A DNA stretch of 64,000 nt from Hypanus sabinus (taxonomy: Eukaryota). Each line of letters begins with the position of its first letter. Position 1 is the first letter of the stretch. The position numbers and the translations under genes were made by a program. The notes below the pieces were generated by a model. The model worked only from the letters and a program-made list of their open reading frames with translations, did no database searches and had not been told where the DNA came from. Shown here one piece after another: positions 39,114 through 51,489 of the stretch. The DNA lies in NCBI RefSeq assembly GCF_030144855.1, contig NC_082722.1, forward strand, positions 12,090,001 through 12,154,000. Reading direction: 5' to 3'.

Positions 39114-39420
39114 CAGTTCCAACTCCATTGAAGATTTTCGCGAAAAATATCACAGCTACAACTTTCATTCTCGTGTTTGAAACAGCTGCCTTTTATCCCA
39201 AGGACCTCTCAGTTAGTTGGTATTAAAATGACATCGAAATATATTGGGCATACTGACCATGATATGGAGGAACACGAAGGGCCTTTATTAATTTTGAGCA
39301 AATTGACAGAGCCACCTCAGATCAACACAAATTATACAAATTATGTTTGATATCTCATGTCTCCCTCAATGCTTCAGCGGTAGCCATCGAATAGCAGTAG
39401 CTATTTCCAAATCGAACCAG
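39114..39420 (+). pseudogene. Relic third copy: degenerate C1 exon; no leader, V or TM exon found
   Basis: PLKIFAK...TTFILV...AFYPK homology to the C1 exons. First Cys codon is now TTT (39176), in-frame TAA at 39224, frameshifts downstream, splice sites retained (tag|CAG and CCAG|GTAAGA). Flanking intron homology spans about 37900-40400. Confidence 0.88.
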
Positions 39421-39510
39421 GTAAGATGCCATTTCTTGTTATTTCCCCGAATATAATATCACCGTCTGTTAGCAACCTCGAGGAAAATTCACCTTATTTC
39501 ATTGAAAATG

Positions 39511-39859
39511 GATGGAAATCACAATGGACATTTACAAAATGGAAAATATACAGCATCTGTTAATCATAATTTGAAACAATTTGATTCATACTGGGAAAAT
39601 GGTTTAGCTACATAACACCTCATAGGCCTGATTTTATTCTCACAAATCAATGAATGTGTTGTTAAAAAAGATCACTCCCTACTTGTACATAGTTTTCTCC
39701 TTTCACTTGTTCTTCCTTTCCCCTCTTTTCTATAAGTGTATATCTCAGATAAACATTATGCGGAGATTTGTGGCATATATGACTATAGGTACAATATCTG
39801 AAATACATCTTATGGATATGTTTGTTTGATGATGAACTTCAATTAAAATAAATTATAAA
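39511..39859 (+). mobile_element. 5'-truncated L1 3' end inserted in the relic gene intron
   Basis: ORF2 C-terminal remnant, 3' UTR and A-tail; candidate TSD AAAATG at 39505-39510 and 39860-39865; absent from the paralogous introns. Confidence 0.7.
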
Positions 39860-40213
39860 AAAATGTAAAGTACTGCGTATTGTTGAAGGACTTTTATTTA
39901 ATATGAAATTCCATGTGTTGCAAATAGACAGCGGGAAAAGCATTGCTCTCTGAGTGTAGTTTACATCTAAATTCTTTTATATACTTCACAAAATTGAGAA
40001 ACAAATTTATATATTCTAATAATTTGCATTTCCTCCTGTGTGTTTCTTCTGCGTAACATGTGAAAACCATACAATTTCATTCTTTACCAGAGAAACCGTC
40101 CTTCCAATTGAATTTTGAAGAAGTTCCCGTTTTACCTCCAGAATCTATCCTGACTATGCTAAATCTCTCACTCCAATCCTCTTTCCACACCTCTCAAGCA
40201 CGCGCACATGCAG

Positions 40214-40215
<2 letters not shown>

Positions 40216-40266
<51 letters not shown>
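40216..40266. repeat. (CA)n microsatellite
   Basis: About 25 CA units. Confidence 0.98.
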
Positions 40267-40269
<3 letters not shown>

Positions 40270-40439
40270 GCAGGCAGGCCACTGCTGTTGACACTTGTGG
40301 AAACTTCCAATGCATATTTCTAAATGAAATGATAGATTATGAAGAAGAGAGCTTATGACTCTACAACCTATAGGTTAATAAATTATCTATCGCAGAATGG
40401 GAAAGTGGCTTCAGGCACATTAAATCATTCTCTCTCTCC

Positions 40440-42928
40440 CGATGAAATCAATATACTCTGATAATCAGAAGAGTGAACAAATGAAATAAGTTGATTACCG
40501 AATAAAAATAATAAATTCTAGTAAAAGTATGGTGAACATGTGGAAAGAAAGAATAGTCTCTCTCAGTAGGATGAAGAAAACGCCATATATCGGAGATAAC
40601 ATAATTAGAAAGAAAGGAATGAATAGCTAAAGCAGATTTAGTAGGTAATCTAGGAACAGAAGACGATCGATCCAAAGCAGGATCTAACCAGCAATTAAAG
40701 TCACCACCCAGTATAAGAGAGTATAAATTCAGATCTGGTAATGAAGAAAAAAAGCGTTCAAAAAAGTTAACATCATCGGAATCAGGAGCATACAAGTTAG
40801 CTAGTGCCACCTTAGTGTTATATAATTTGCCAGAAACAATAATATAATGGCCATTTGTATCAGATATCTTACAATGGAGTTCAAAAGAAACATTTGAATT
40901 AATAAGAATAGAAACCCCCCTAGCTTTGGCCGGGAAGGATGAATGAAAATGCTGACCCACCCACCTTGACATAAGACGGGAATTGTCGAAACTACGAATA
41001 TGAGTTTCTTGGAGGAAGGCAATATCAGCTTGAAGTTGCTTAATATGGGAGAAGACCTTCCTTCTTTTAGCAGGATGATTCAATCCCTTTACATTCCAGC
41101 TCACAATTTTCAATGGACTAACCATTATCAATTGTTAAAACATAAAAGGTAGTAGGCATATATAAGGTCAGACATTGAAATAACAGTTTGGGAACAAAAA
41201 TATAAACATAAATCAGTAAGAGCAGGACACAGACAAGTCCTGAATAACAAGGAAAAACAATAAAAAAACATTACATAGTATTGGTACTGGAGAACCCACC
41301 CCACCCTCGCAACACAAAACTAGATGGCAACTCAAAAAAGCAGCTAGCTCTATAAAAAAAAGACACCCCAAAAACCAACTTCCAGTTCCGTGCATTGATA
41401 AAAGCTCCGTTTAAATAATATAGCGAAAACTAGCTAACTTATGCACTACAAATCGGAATTGCAAACAAGAACAATAACATCAGAGAAAATATGACTTAAT
41501 ACGAAATAATAATCGAAAAGTAATCTACCCGCGAGAAACTATGAAAAAGTGAAAAAGGAGTAAATTTAATAGAAAAAAGAACAAAAGGAAAAAAGAGAAG
41601 GAAATTTTATATATAAAGAAAGTACATTGCAGCCGTTTGAAAAAAAAACAAGTCAGATACAATAAATTGGCAGGATGACCTTCAGTAAAAACTCTAAGCC
41701 TCCTGAATAAATTGAAACCAATTATGGTTCTCAGTAGATAACATTATTCAAAAGTAAACAAAGTTACACATTAAATTTGAGTCCATAGGAAAGCTTTTCT
41801 AATTGACCATTTAAGAAAATCTGACCAAGTCCGAAAAGAAACCAACTAAAACCATTTATGGTTCTCAGTAATTAAAGATATTCAAAAGATATTTAAAGAT
41901 ACAAATAAGTTCTGAGTCCGCAAAAAGGCTTTTATATAGAAAGTACTTATCGGTCATTTTAGAAAGTCAAACCGGGTCTGAAGAAGTCGAAATGGCTGGG
42001 AGACCTTCAATAAACTTCTCGGCCTCCTTGACCGACTTAAACCATTTATAGTCCCAAGTAGTAAGAGTAATTCAAAGATCAGCAGGATTACGGAGGGAAG
42101 GTTTGAATCCACGATTAAAGCGCTCTTTCATAACACTTTTGAACTCGGCACTCATCTACAAAACCTGGGGGGCATAATCTTCAACGATACGAATGGTATT
42201 GCCTCGGTAGGTCAGGGTACCGCTCCGGCGTGCCTTCATGATCGGAAGATTTTTCACCTGATATCGATGAAAACACAGGATAATTGGGCGTGCTCTAGAA
42301 GCCAAACCAGCTCGAGGAATAAATATTCTATGGTCTCTTTCTAATTCGGGTAGAGTCGGAAGAATTTCTTTCCCGAAGATCTCACATAGGAAAGAAGAGG
42401 AAAAATTCAACGGGAGAGCCCGTTTCTCACGTCTGGCAAACCGAGAATTCGTAAATTATTACGTCTGCTCCGATTTTCGAGATCCGCCATTTTGGAAGTA
42501 AGTTTGCTGTTTTGCTCCGTTAGTTAGAGAGTTTACAGCTGCTGAACGCTGCGCTTTAAATCTTCGGAAGTTAGGTCGATGCGAGATAATTGTTCGGCTT
42601 GGTCATTCACTCTGGCGTTAATCTGATCCAATTTTGACTCCAGCTGACTGATAGAAGCCCTAAATTCAGTCTTGATATCAATTAAAATGTCCTGTCGATT
42701 CTGTTCCAGAATAGAGAGAATATCGGCAGACAGAGAAGTCGAAGCTTCTTTTTTCCCAGACTTAGGAATCTTTGTAGTCATTGTGAAATAGACGTATTCG
42801 CAGGCAGACAAGAAAGACAAATAAATTAAAGAAATTTAAGAAGGGAGGCATATAGTGCGAAGGTAAGAAATGTAACGGAACAAAAGTTTGAAGCGACTAT
42901 ACAATCGCCATCTTACCGGAAGTCCCCC
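40440..42928 (-). mobile_element. L1 5' half (5' UTR, ORF1, endonuclease), 3'-truncated
   Basis: Minus-strand start GGGGGACTTCCGGTAAGATGGCG. ORF1 RPII.CFHRYQ; endonuclease SWNVKGL...FLQETH...NLYAP...GGDFNC...DIWR (40448-41131). Confidence 0.92.
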
Positions 42929-43989
42929 AGATAATACTTCTCTTGACACAGGGCGTTTCTGGAGCTGAACGGCAAACAGGAGAAAGGCGGCAGGCAACAC
43001 TTATCTTGCCACGGAGCGTTAAATGGAAAGGCAAACGTCGAGCAATCCTTATATTGACACTGAGCGGCGGCAAATCAAAAGCTAAATGGCCAACAAATGG
43101 TCAAGACACGGCGAGGCAAAGGAAAAGACAAACGGCAGGCTACACTGATCTTGACACGGAGAGAAAGAGTTACACAGGGGAACCTCGATTCTGAAGTTAA
43201 ACTCAGAATACGCCATTCTGAGTGGCTGTGAACGTGGATTACCGCACTGGCTGAAGCAACGGTCTGGCAAGAGTGAATGCAAAGCCGAAGTTTTTATCCT
43301 GCAGGTTTAGTTGAGAATCAGGTGCCACAATCAAACAGTCCAAGAGAACACGGGAAAAGTGAATTAAAGGGAATACGAGGAATTAATGGTCGAGACCGTG
43401 ACACTGTAGGTTTTTAAAAACTTCCTAATCCTCTGTCTTTCCACTAATTTTTGCTATATTCTATGTCCTTTCTTTTGCTTTTACAATAGCTTTGTAAGCC
43501 ACGGTTGTACTGTTTCACCATTTGTGTGTTTCTTCATTTTTGAAATACACATGCCCTGCACCTTATTTACTTTGCCTAGAAACGCACGCCATTGCTGCAC
43601 TGCTGACATTCTTGCCAGCAGCTCTTTCCAATTTAGTTTGGCCATTTTAGATCAGCGAATTGGAGTTTCTTCATCAAGGTTTGTGGGTCAATAACGTTCA
43701 ATGCCGAAATGAAATCCAGAAGCGTCAAAAACAAATCAAATCCAGTATAATTATAATTCAACTATACATGGATACAGCTGAACGAAAGTCATTCCTCTTG
43801 GACCACAGTGCAAAACATACGCAGCATATTCAAAATACCGAGCAAAAAACAGCAGCATGAACAAACACAGATGTGAGATCTGAGCGATATGTCCCGCAAA
43901 TTGATGGTACAGTTCCCGGCAAACCAGCCTGTTAGTCCACTGATCGAACATTGAATGGTAGCACTGGCGACAGAACTCAGCCCCCAAAC

Positions 43990-44560
43990 GAGCCTAATTA
44001 CAGCTAAATAGGACTCTGGTCAGACCTCACTTAGAGTACCGTGCTCGGTTCTGGTCACCTGACTACCAGAAGAATGTGGAAACCATAGAAAGGGTGCAAA
44101 AGAGATTTATAAGGATGTTGCCTGGATTGGGGAGCATGCTTTATGAGAATAAGTTGAGTGAACTCAGTCTTTTCTCCTTGGAGTGACGGAGGATAACAAG
44201 TGACCTAATAGAGGTGTATAAGACGATGAGAGGCAGTGATCGTATGGATAGTCAAAGTCTTTTCTCAGGGCTGGAATGGCTAGCACGAGAGGGCACGGTT
44301 TTATGGAGGATGAAAGTACGTAAAGAGGAGATGTCAGGGGTAATTTTTTTTTACGAAAAGAGTGGCGAGTGTGTAGAATGGGTTGCCGGCGACGGTGGTG
44401 GAGGCGGATATGATCGGGTCTTTTAAGAGACACCTGAATAGGAATATGTAGCTTAGAAAAACAGAGAGCTATGGGTAACCCTAGGCAATTTCTCAGGTTT
44501 GAACATGTTCGGCACAGCTTTGTGGGTCAAAGGGCCTGTGTTGTGCTGTAGGTTTTCTAT
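43990..44560 (+). mobile_element. CR1 3' fragment
   Basis: LVRPHLEYRARFWSP-like coding remnant and 3' UTR ending gtttctatgtttctatg. Confidence 0.8.
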
Positions 44561-44660
44561 GTTTCTATGGTTAGAAAGTACATTCGCTGTGTTCCAAGAG
44601 ACAATAGAAGTTATTAAATAAGCGGTGGATTCGCAGAATAAATTTTTATAAAGAGTAATG

Positions 44661-44686
44661 TATGTGTGTGTGTGTGTGTGTGTGTG
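44661..44686. repeat. (TG)n microsatellite
   Basis: Direct reading. Confidence 0.95.
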
Positions 44687-47600
44687 GGGGCAACAAAATT
44701 ACATTTAATTTAAAATAAGTTTTTGTCTGCAACATTTGCAAATCTGAAATAATTTCTATTCTGCACATTCGCCGTCAGTGCTAAAATAAATTAATTTGCT
44801 TTGTAAAATTGTAAAGCGATCTTGAGCACCTTTAATGTCCAAGTGAATCCGAATTCCCAGAACATACCAATTTGGAAATGATTCGGCATTCTGAAAGAAC
44901 ATCCGTGGTGTTGTCATCGAACATTTGTTTTTGGATAGTTTATTCACAAATTCGACAATTGTCCTCTGCTCCCGAATGATTACCTGGAATTGAAACCGGA
45001 AATACTTTCGCTCTACATAAATTGAAAATGCATTTCCTGTCTGTTTACTCCCAGAGATTGCAGTTGTTAATGGCTTCTTTTCCAACAGAGAGGCCATTAA
45101 CTATCGACTTCTAAACGAAGCATCAGTTGGAAGTGATAGCTGTGATATAATGAAACTGATTAATAAGTTTTTTAAATTAATAACGAGTCCCATTTTAATA
45201 AGATCCTATAGTCTCTAATAACCGAATTGATGGCTTATGAGACAATAGCGGCTGGCCTCATCGGCAACAATGATGAGAACGCATTCAGAGAGAGAGTAGA
45301 GAGTTAGTATCAGATAAAGAGGCTATTGTCAGGTGGCATGAACTCATCATGAACCTGAAAATCATTGTTGGTAATGACTATGATCTTTGGAAAGGCTTAG
45401 ATGGACCACTCCCCTGTGCGTATCAATACCTCTTCAGTGGAGAAAGTGAAGAGTACAATATTCTTCGGCTTGCACATGAGAGACGAACTAACCTGGATCC
45501 ACAACACTTTCTCATTAGTGAAGAAGACACAAAAGCAAAGATACTTTCAAGTAGACTGAGGCTTTCAAGTCTCCACGCCCCTATTCTAACAACTTTCTCC
45601 AAGAACACCAATGAGATTGTCCTGTCTTTTTGCATCATTGTATGGTACGGCAGCTGTAAGGTATCGGGCCATAAGACCCAACAGAGGATAATAAAAGCCG
45701 CTGAGAGGATCACCGCTGCCCCCCCTAATTTATGCTAATTTATGCTACTTATCGGAAAAGTGGTATATGTAGAGTACGGAGCTTTCTTGAGCATGGTATT
45801 CCACAATGTCTTTGAAATACTGGCTTCACAAAGCAGGTACCGGAGGATAAGGCTTAGGACTGCTAGACTGGGTACCAGCTTCTATTCCAAGGCTGTGACT
45901 TATGATAACTCGGACATTGTTCTTGAGTTATTTCGTTTTGTTTTGTGACAACAAGCATCAAATCCATTACAACAGGAAAAAAATTATTTCAGCAGAGACG
46001 TTCAATAGAAAAAAAAATATGAATTCCTTCGGATTTGCAAACGTTGTTTGGAAAGATTCATTTAAAGTGAAATATACATTCGTTGTTGCACAAACACAAA
46101 ATTATTGCTCTTTTTAGATCTATTTTTGGAGACCATGGCTTATTTTCCGATTTCTATTGTCCTTAACAATATAGTCATTTTAACGTGCCCAAGTGCTGGA
46201 GGAACGCAACATCTCAGGCAGCATCTATGAAAATGACTAAGGAGTCGACATTTTGGGCCGAAACCCTTAATCAGGACTGGAAAGAAAGGGGAATGATACT
46301 AGAATAAGAAGATGGGGACGGTGGGGACTACAAGAGACATGGTGTCAGATGAAATCCCATATCAGGTTGGAGCCTACCTAGAGGAAATATGAGTTGTTCA
46401 TCCTCCAGACTGGGATGGCCTCATCATGGCAGAAATGGAGGCCAAAAACCGACGTGTCTGAATGGGAAGTGGGACATGAATTGAAATGGTTGGTCAGCGG
46501 GAAATCCTGCTTGTTTTGCGGATGGAGCTGAAGGTCTCGGTCAACCAGTCCCCTAATCTTACGTCGTTATCAGCAATGTGGAGGAGGCCGCATCGAGAAC
46601 ACCCAATACTGTAGACAACCCAAACATATTCGCAGGTGAAGTGTTGCTTCACCTGCAAGTACTGTTTGGGGCCCTGAATTCAGGTGAGGGAAAGGGTGCA
46701 TGGGCAGGTGTAGTACTCTGGTCGCTTGTAGGGGTAGTTGCAGAAGTGATGATAGTGTGGAGGGTTGGATCGACAAGGAAATAACGGAGGGAGCAATCCC
46801 TAGAGAAAGTGGGAAACGGGTGGAGGGAGGTAAAGGTGTAGGGTGGTAGGGTTGAGGATACTGCAAGTAGTGGAGAATGATATGTTGTTATCGGAGGCAC
46901 TTGAGATGACTGGTGAGGATCTTGTCACAGAACCAGGAAGATGAGTTGAGCGCTGGCTGAGAAATGGTTGAAGAAGGTGCCAGAAATGGACTTAGTGACT
47001 TTAGGGTCAGAGCTGGAGGCAAAGCTGATAACATTGACATGTTCAGCATGGATGCAGGAATCCATCATCAAAGCTGTTGTCAATGCAGCGTTGAAAGAAT
47101 TGATAAGCATTACAAGGGAATGTTTGGAACGCGTAGCCAACATAGAAGCAGGTACATCAGGGGCGCATTCGGATGCCCATGGCTGCAACTTGAGTTTGGA
47201 GAAAGTGTAAGAGATATTGTTGAGGCTTAGGACGAGTTCTAACAGGCAGAGGAGGTCGTGATAATGGAAATAGTTGTCATGAAAGAAGTTGAGAACTTTA
47301 AGGGCTTCTTAACGGTGAATAGAAAAAAATAGGGATTGGAAATCCATGGTGAAATGAAACGATCAGGGCCAAGGAATTCAAAGTAATTGAGGATATCGAG
47401 AGCAGGCGAAGTAGAGCAGATCTAGTGATGTGGGTGGAGGGACTGATCGAAGGTATGAGATGGAGTCAGGGTTGTGGACACGTGTTCAATTTGACAGGAA
47501 CACGCAGAAATAATGGGCTCACAGGGAATTTTAGGATTCTGGATGATCGGTAGGAGTATTGAGTGTACCATCAGTCATTCTGGTGAAAGTTATTACAGAG

Positions 47601-50469
47601 TACAGCTCACCATTGTCTATAAGGATTTTTTTCAATCTCATGAAGAAACACCAGAGATATAAATGTACAGTATTCCGTAAACGGTGACGTTTTTTTTGCC
47701 ACTGCGGCCACTCTCCTTCTTAGAGATAGTGGTCGTTGTTTTGTGGGACCGTGTTGAACTAGAATAGGTGAACGACTGTGGTGTTATACACTACAGTCTA
47801 CATGCAAGTCTGGAAGAATAAATGCATTTTTACGTTCTTCGATGGTTATTTTGCGCTGGTGATATCATGGTTATTTCGGATTGTTGAAAATGTATTCAGC
47901 TGGACAAATAGTATCTACAGTATATTGAAGTGGCCCAGAGGTTTTGAAATTTGAATTGCTCTGCGCAAGGACTCTGGCTTCTGCGGTCATGTTTTTTTTT
48001 ACCGTTTGGCTTAACTAATTAATTTTCCGGCCAGTGATGACCTCCTGTGTGCATATTGCTGGCGTGAAATATGGCTTGTAGTTCTCAGACTCACTTTTGT
48101 TCGAGACTGTCATTGTCTGACAAGTTGAGGTGCGAATGTTTCATCGCACCTTTTGAACAAGGCCAGAATGGTGTGGTGGTCTTTTTGCACGAAGATATAG
48201 AATGCTTCATCAGTTGATCCGTTTATTCCATGTGCTAAAACGCACATGCAGCTGAAATATAACCAAACCGATTGCTTTAGATTTATTTTATATCAAGGCA
48301 TCAAAGTTAATGTCAACTTAATTCAGAGTTAAAATTAACGTCCTTATTGGAAATATTAAACTGCTGAGGCAATATTTGCGAGGAACGATTCACCGGCAAT
48401 CTCTCATTTTGATATCAACCTTTGCTTAGAATTTGGTTGTAAACTTTGGTTATAAAAGCCTCTCCAAGATCAACATATTAATTCTGCATCCATTGAAAAC
48501 AGTAATTTCTAAAATGCCCATCGAAGTTCACCCCGCATATACTCGACTTTTAGCACAACAGTGTCCACAGTGAGATGAGTAAAAAAATATAAATACGTTC
48601 CCGTTTTCTGATTCGAACGTTCCTTCTGCTTTCGAAACTGGAGAATACTGCCGGCGAGCATATCATCTTGACATTTACCTATTCGGGCCCCGAAAGCATA
48701 ATTCAACGACATATTCTTTCATTCTTTTGAAATTCTGGAGAGTATAACCAAGCCCGATTAATCCCAATTCATAGAGGGCAATACTTCACGTCAGTATTCA
48801 GTCAGACTTGCGCATAAAGTTCCAGTTGCAGTTCTGTAGGATTTTACACAATTTAATGAATAAAATTTACTGAATAATCTGTTTGCAAATTAAACAAAAT
48901 GGCGCTCGCGATATACCCCGACGTTTTGCACAGTACAAAAATTGCGAGAAATATATCTTCTGAAATGCTCTCGTTTGCCATCTGCGATCTGCACTCAACG
49001 ATTCATCAGAGGATGCAGAATACGCGACGGTTGTCATGGTCTTTATAAAGACACTCCGGGGCGACTGTACTCACAGAATATCTTTCAGAGCCTTCCGTAA
49101 TTAGAAGTCCTGGATGAGTCAAGGGATCTGCAATTTGCTGAGGTCTAGATCGGTGGTGTTAAGGACTGGCAACTCTGGAAATTAGAAGAGGTCTAGATAT
49201 GACCTCCAAAAGCCACCTATGAAGGATAGGCACACACCATTATTGACTACTGCTTAGTTTTCAACATTATTCCTTTGAACCTAATTATTAATCTCCAAAA
49301 CCAAAGTATCGACGCCTCCTTGTGCAATTGGATCCATGATTTCTTCACTTGCACTTCCCAGTCAATGCAGATTGGAAACAATAATTTACATTACATTTCA
49401 CTTTCTTAATACTTTATAGGACTAGGTAAAACTTTCTCTTTGAAGTACTTTCATTTGAATCCTGAAATTGTAGCCTCGAAAAGGCTCACGGACAATCCAA
49501 ACTGAGCAATCCAATCTTTCCTGCGAGCGTTACCCAAGGATATATGAGGTTACCATTAGACAACAATTCAAAACCTTTGGCACTTCATATAATACCATTC
49601 TGGTACACCCACATAAAGCAAAATCTATTTCGTTTCATTTAAAGTACAATTACGCCAATGCCAGCACATTTCAGTGGATTAAAATTATAGCTACAGAACA
49701 CTATCTTGCCGTAAATACTATTTTGTTGATTGGAATTAGGGATGGCAGAATAGCACGTCACTAAAATCAGACTACTGGCTTTAAATTAATGTTTTTCCCC
49801 TCATTTGACAATGGTCAGCGTGTTATTAGACTTGCACAAAAGACATGATCTGGAATTCTCAAGCTGTTGTTCTTGTATAGCGTGCACTGTAATTAGAGAA
49901 AACAATATTTATGTGTAATTATCAAATATGAAACAATATGCAAACCATTATTTTGCCTCAATATAGCCATCTTTTCTTGCAAAATATCGTATTATTCCTT
50001 AAGCAAAACGTGTTGAAGCGTGTTGAATACCTTGGAATTTGGTTCAGTAATCGACTAAGGATAATGAGCTCTTAAATAACGCGTAACTGAATGAACGCTA
50101 TCTGCTACAGGGAATAGAAAAATATTCTGGCATTGTTTATATATTGCACATAGTTTTTTAAAAAAGAATAACAATTAAAGAAAACGGCAAACTGGGAGCC
50201 ACCTGAATCTCCAATAGGTTATTTCTGATGTTACACTTTGCAGGGATATGTACCAGATTGTGCACTCTTGAATTCAGGACAGCAAACGGCACCCGGGAGT
50301 TTCCCCTGTCGATCCATAAATATTTGAAGGAGCTTTTGTTGTAGTAGGTATACTCTAGAAGAGTTTCTTGTCTTCTGTGTCATCGTTCTCATTGTGTTAT
50401 CACGATTCGTCCCCAGTTATCATTGAGTACTGATGAAGAAACAATGCTGCATTAATCATGGTGGCTAAT

Positions 50470-50780
50470 AGAGGCGAATGATGGAAGCAACAATGACCAA
50501 AGGTAATGAGAGGAAGGCAGAGCCTGGAGTCATGTGCGGGCTGTGGGTGAAGATAGATAGGATTCGAAAATGGAGCCATTCAATGAAGCGAATGGAAAAA
50601 GGAATGCGAAGAGGAGGAGAAGGAGGTAGATTATTGAAGTTTGGATGGGTGTAGGAATAACTGTGTAGATCGGAAAGGAGAGAAAGCGTTTTGTTTCTCC
50701 AAATTCTAATAAATCATGTCCCTAAGAATCCTCTCCAATACTTTTCCCACCACTGAAATCAGACTCACCTATCCATAATC
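50470..50780 (-). mobile_element. Small degenerate Penelope-like insertion specific to duplicon 2
   Basis: Purine-rich insert interrupting the homology to about 18830-18860. Confidence 0.45.
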
Positions 50781-51440
50781 GTAGGATTCTTCCTATTGCC
50801 TTTTTTGAACAACGCCACAACTTACTATGTTACATCTTCCAATTCTCTGGTACGAATCTGTCCCTCCCAACGCCGGGGACGCATCTATCATAACGTTTCT
50901 CTTTAGTTCCAACAATACCTATTTTCAAACTCGACGTGGTCCAGAAAAATCGTCTGTTCAACGCTGACCACACATTCATGACCACCGACTGAGTCTCTAG
51001 GCTCAAGAATTAGCATTTTAAGTATTTGTTTACTCGCCAATGCACCCTAAGTATTCACTATTAATATTCAAAATTATGATAAAAGTCCTTAAATGAGCAA
51101 TGGTTGTGAAAATTTGCATTGTAGATCCATAAAGTCATGGTAAAATAATGATTAAGGAAGTTTCAAAATCTTGTGACATTTCCACTGTCTATTTCTAGAT
51201 CTTCCATCATGAGTGAAACAACATCAGTGCTAGTAAAGAAAGTAGCAACAAAAATCGATTTATTACATGTATTATTACACGTAGTCTGGTAAACCACTGT
51301 CTTACGAATCGATCGCTGAAACTACACCACCCCATTCAACGACAGGATATGAATCATCCTTTATAGAATGCAAACCACTCACTCACTCTCCGATGGAAGT
51401 CGTACATCTACAGACTCATTAGTTTGATCTGTTCGGCAGA

Positions 51441-51489
51441 ATGTCACGTATGTTGCTCCTCCTGGCAGTCAGTGGGAACATTTGCATAG
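51441..51489 (+). CDS. Gene B exon 1, signal peptide MSRMLLLLAVSGNICI
   Basis: Paralogous to 19401-19449; phase-1 donor GTACAG. Confidence 0.8.
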
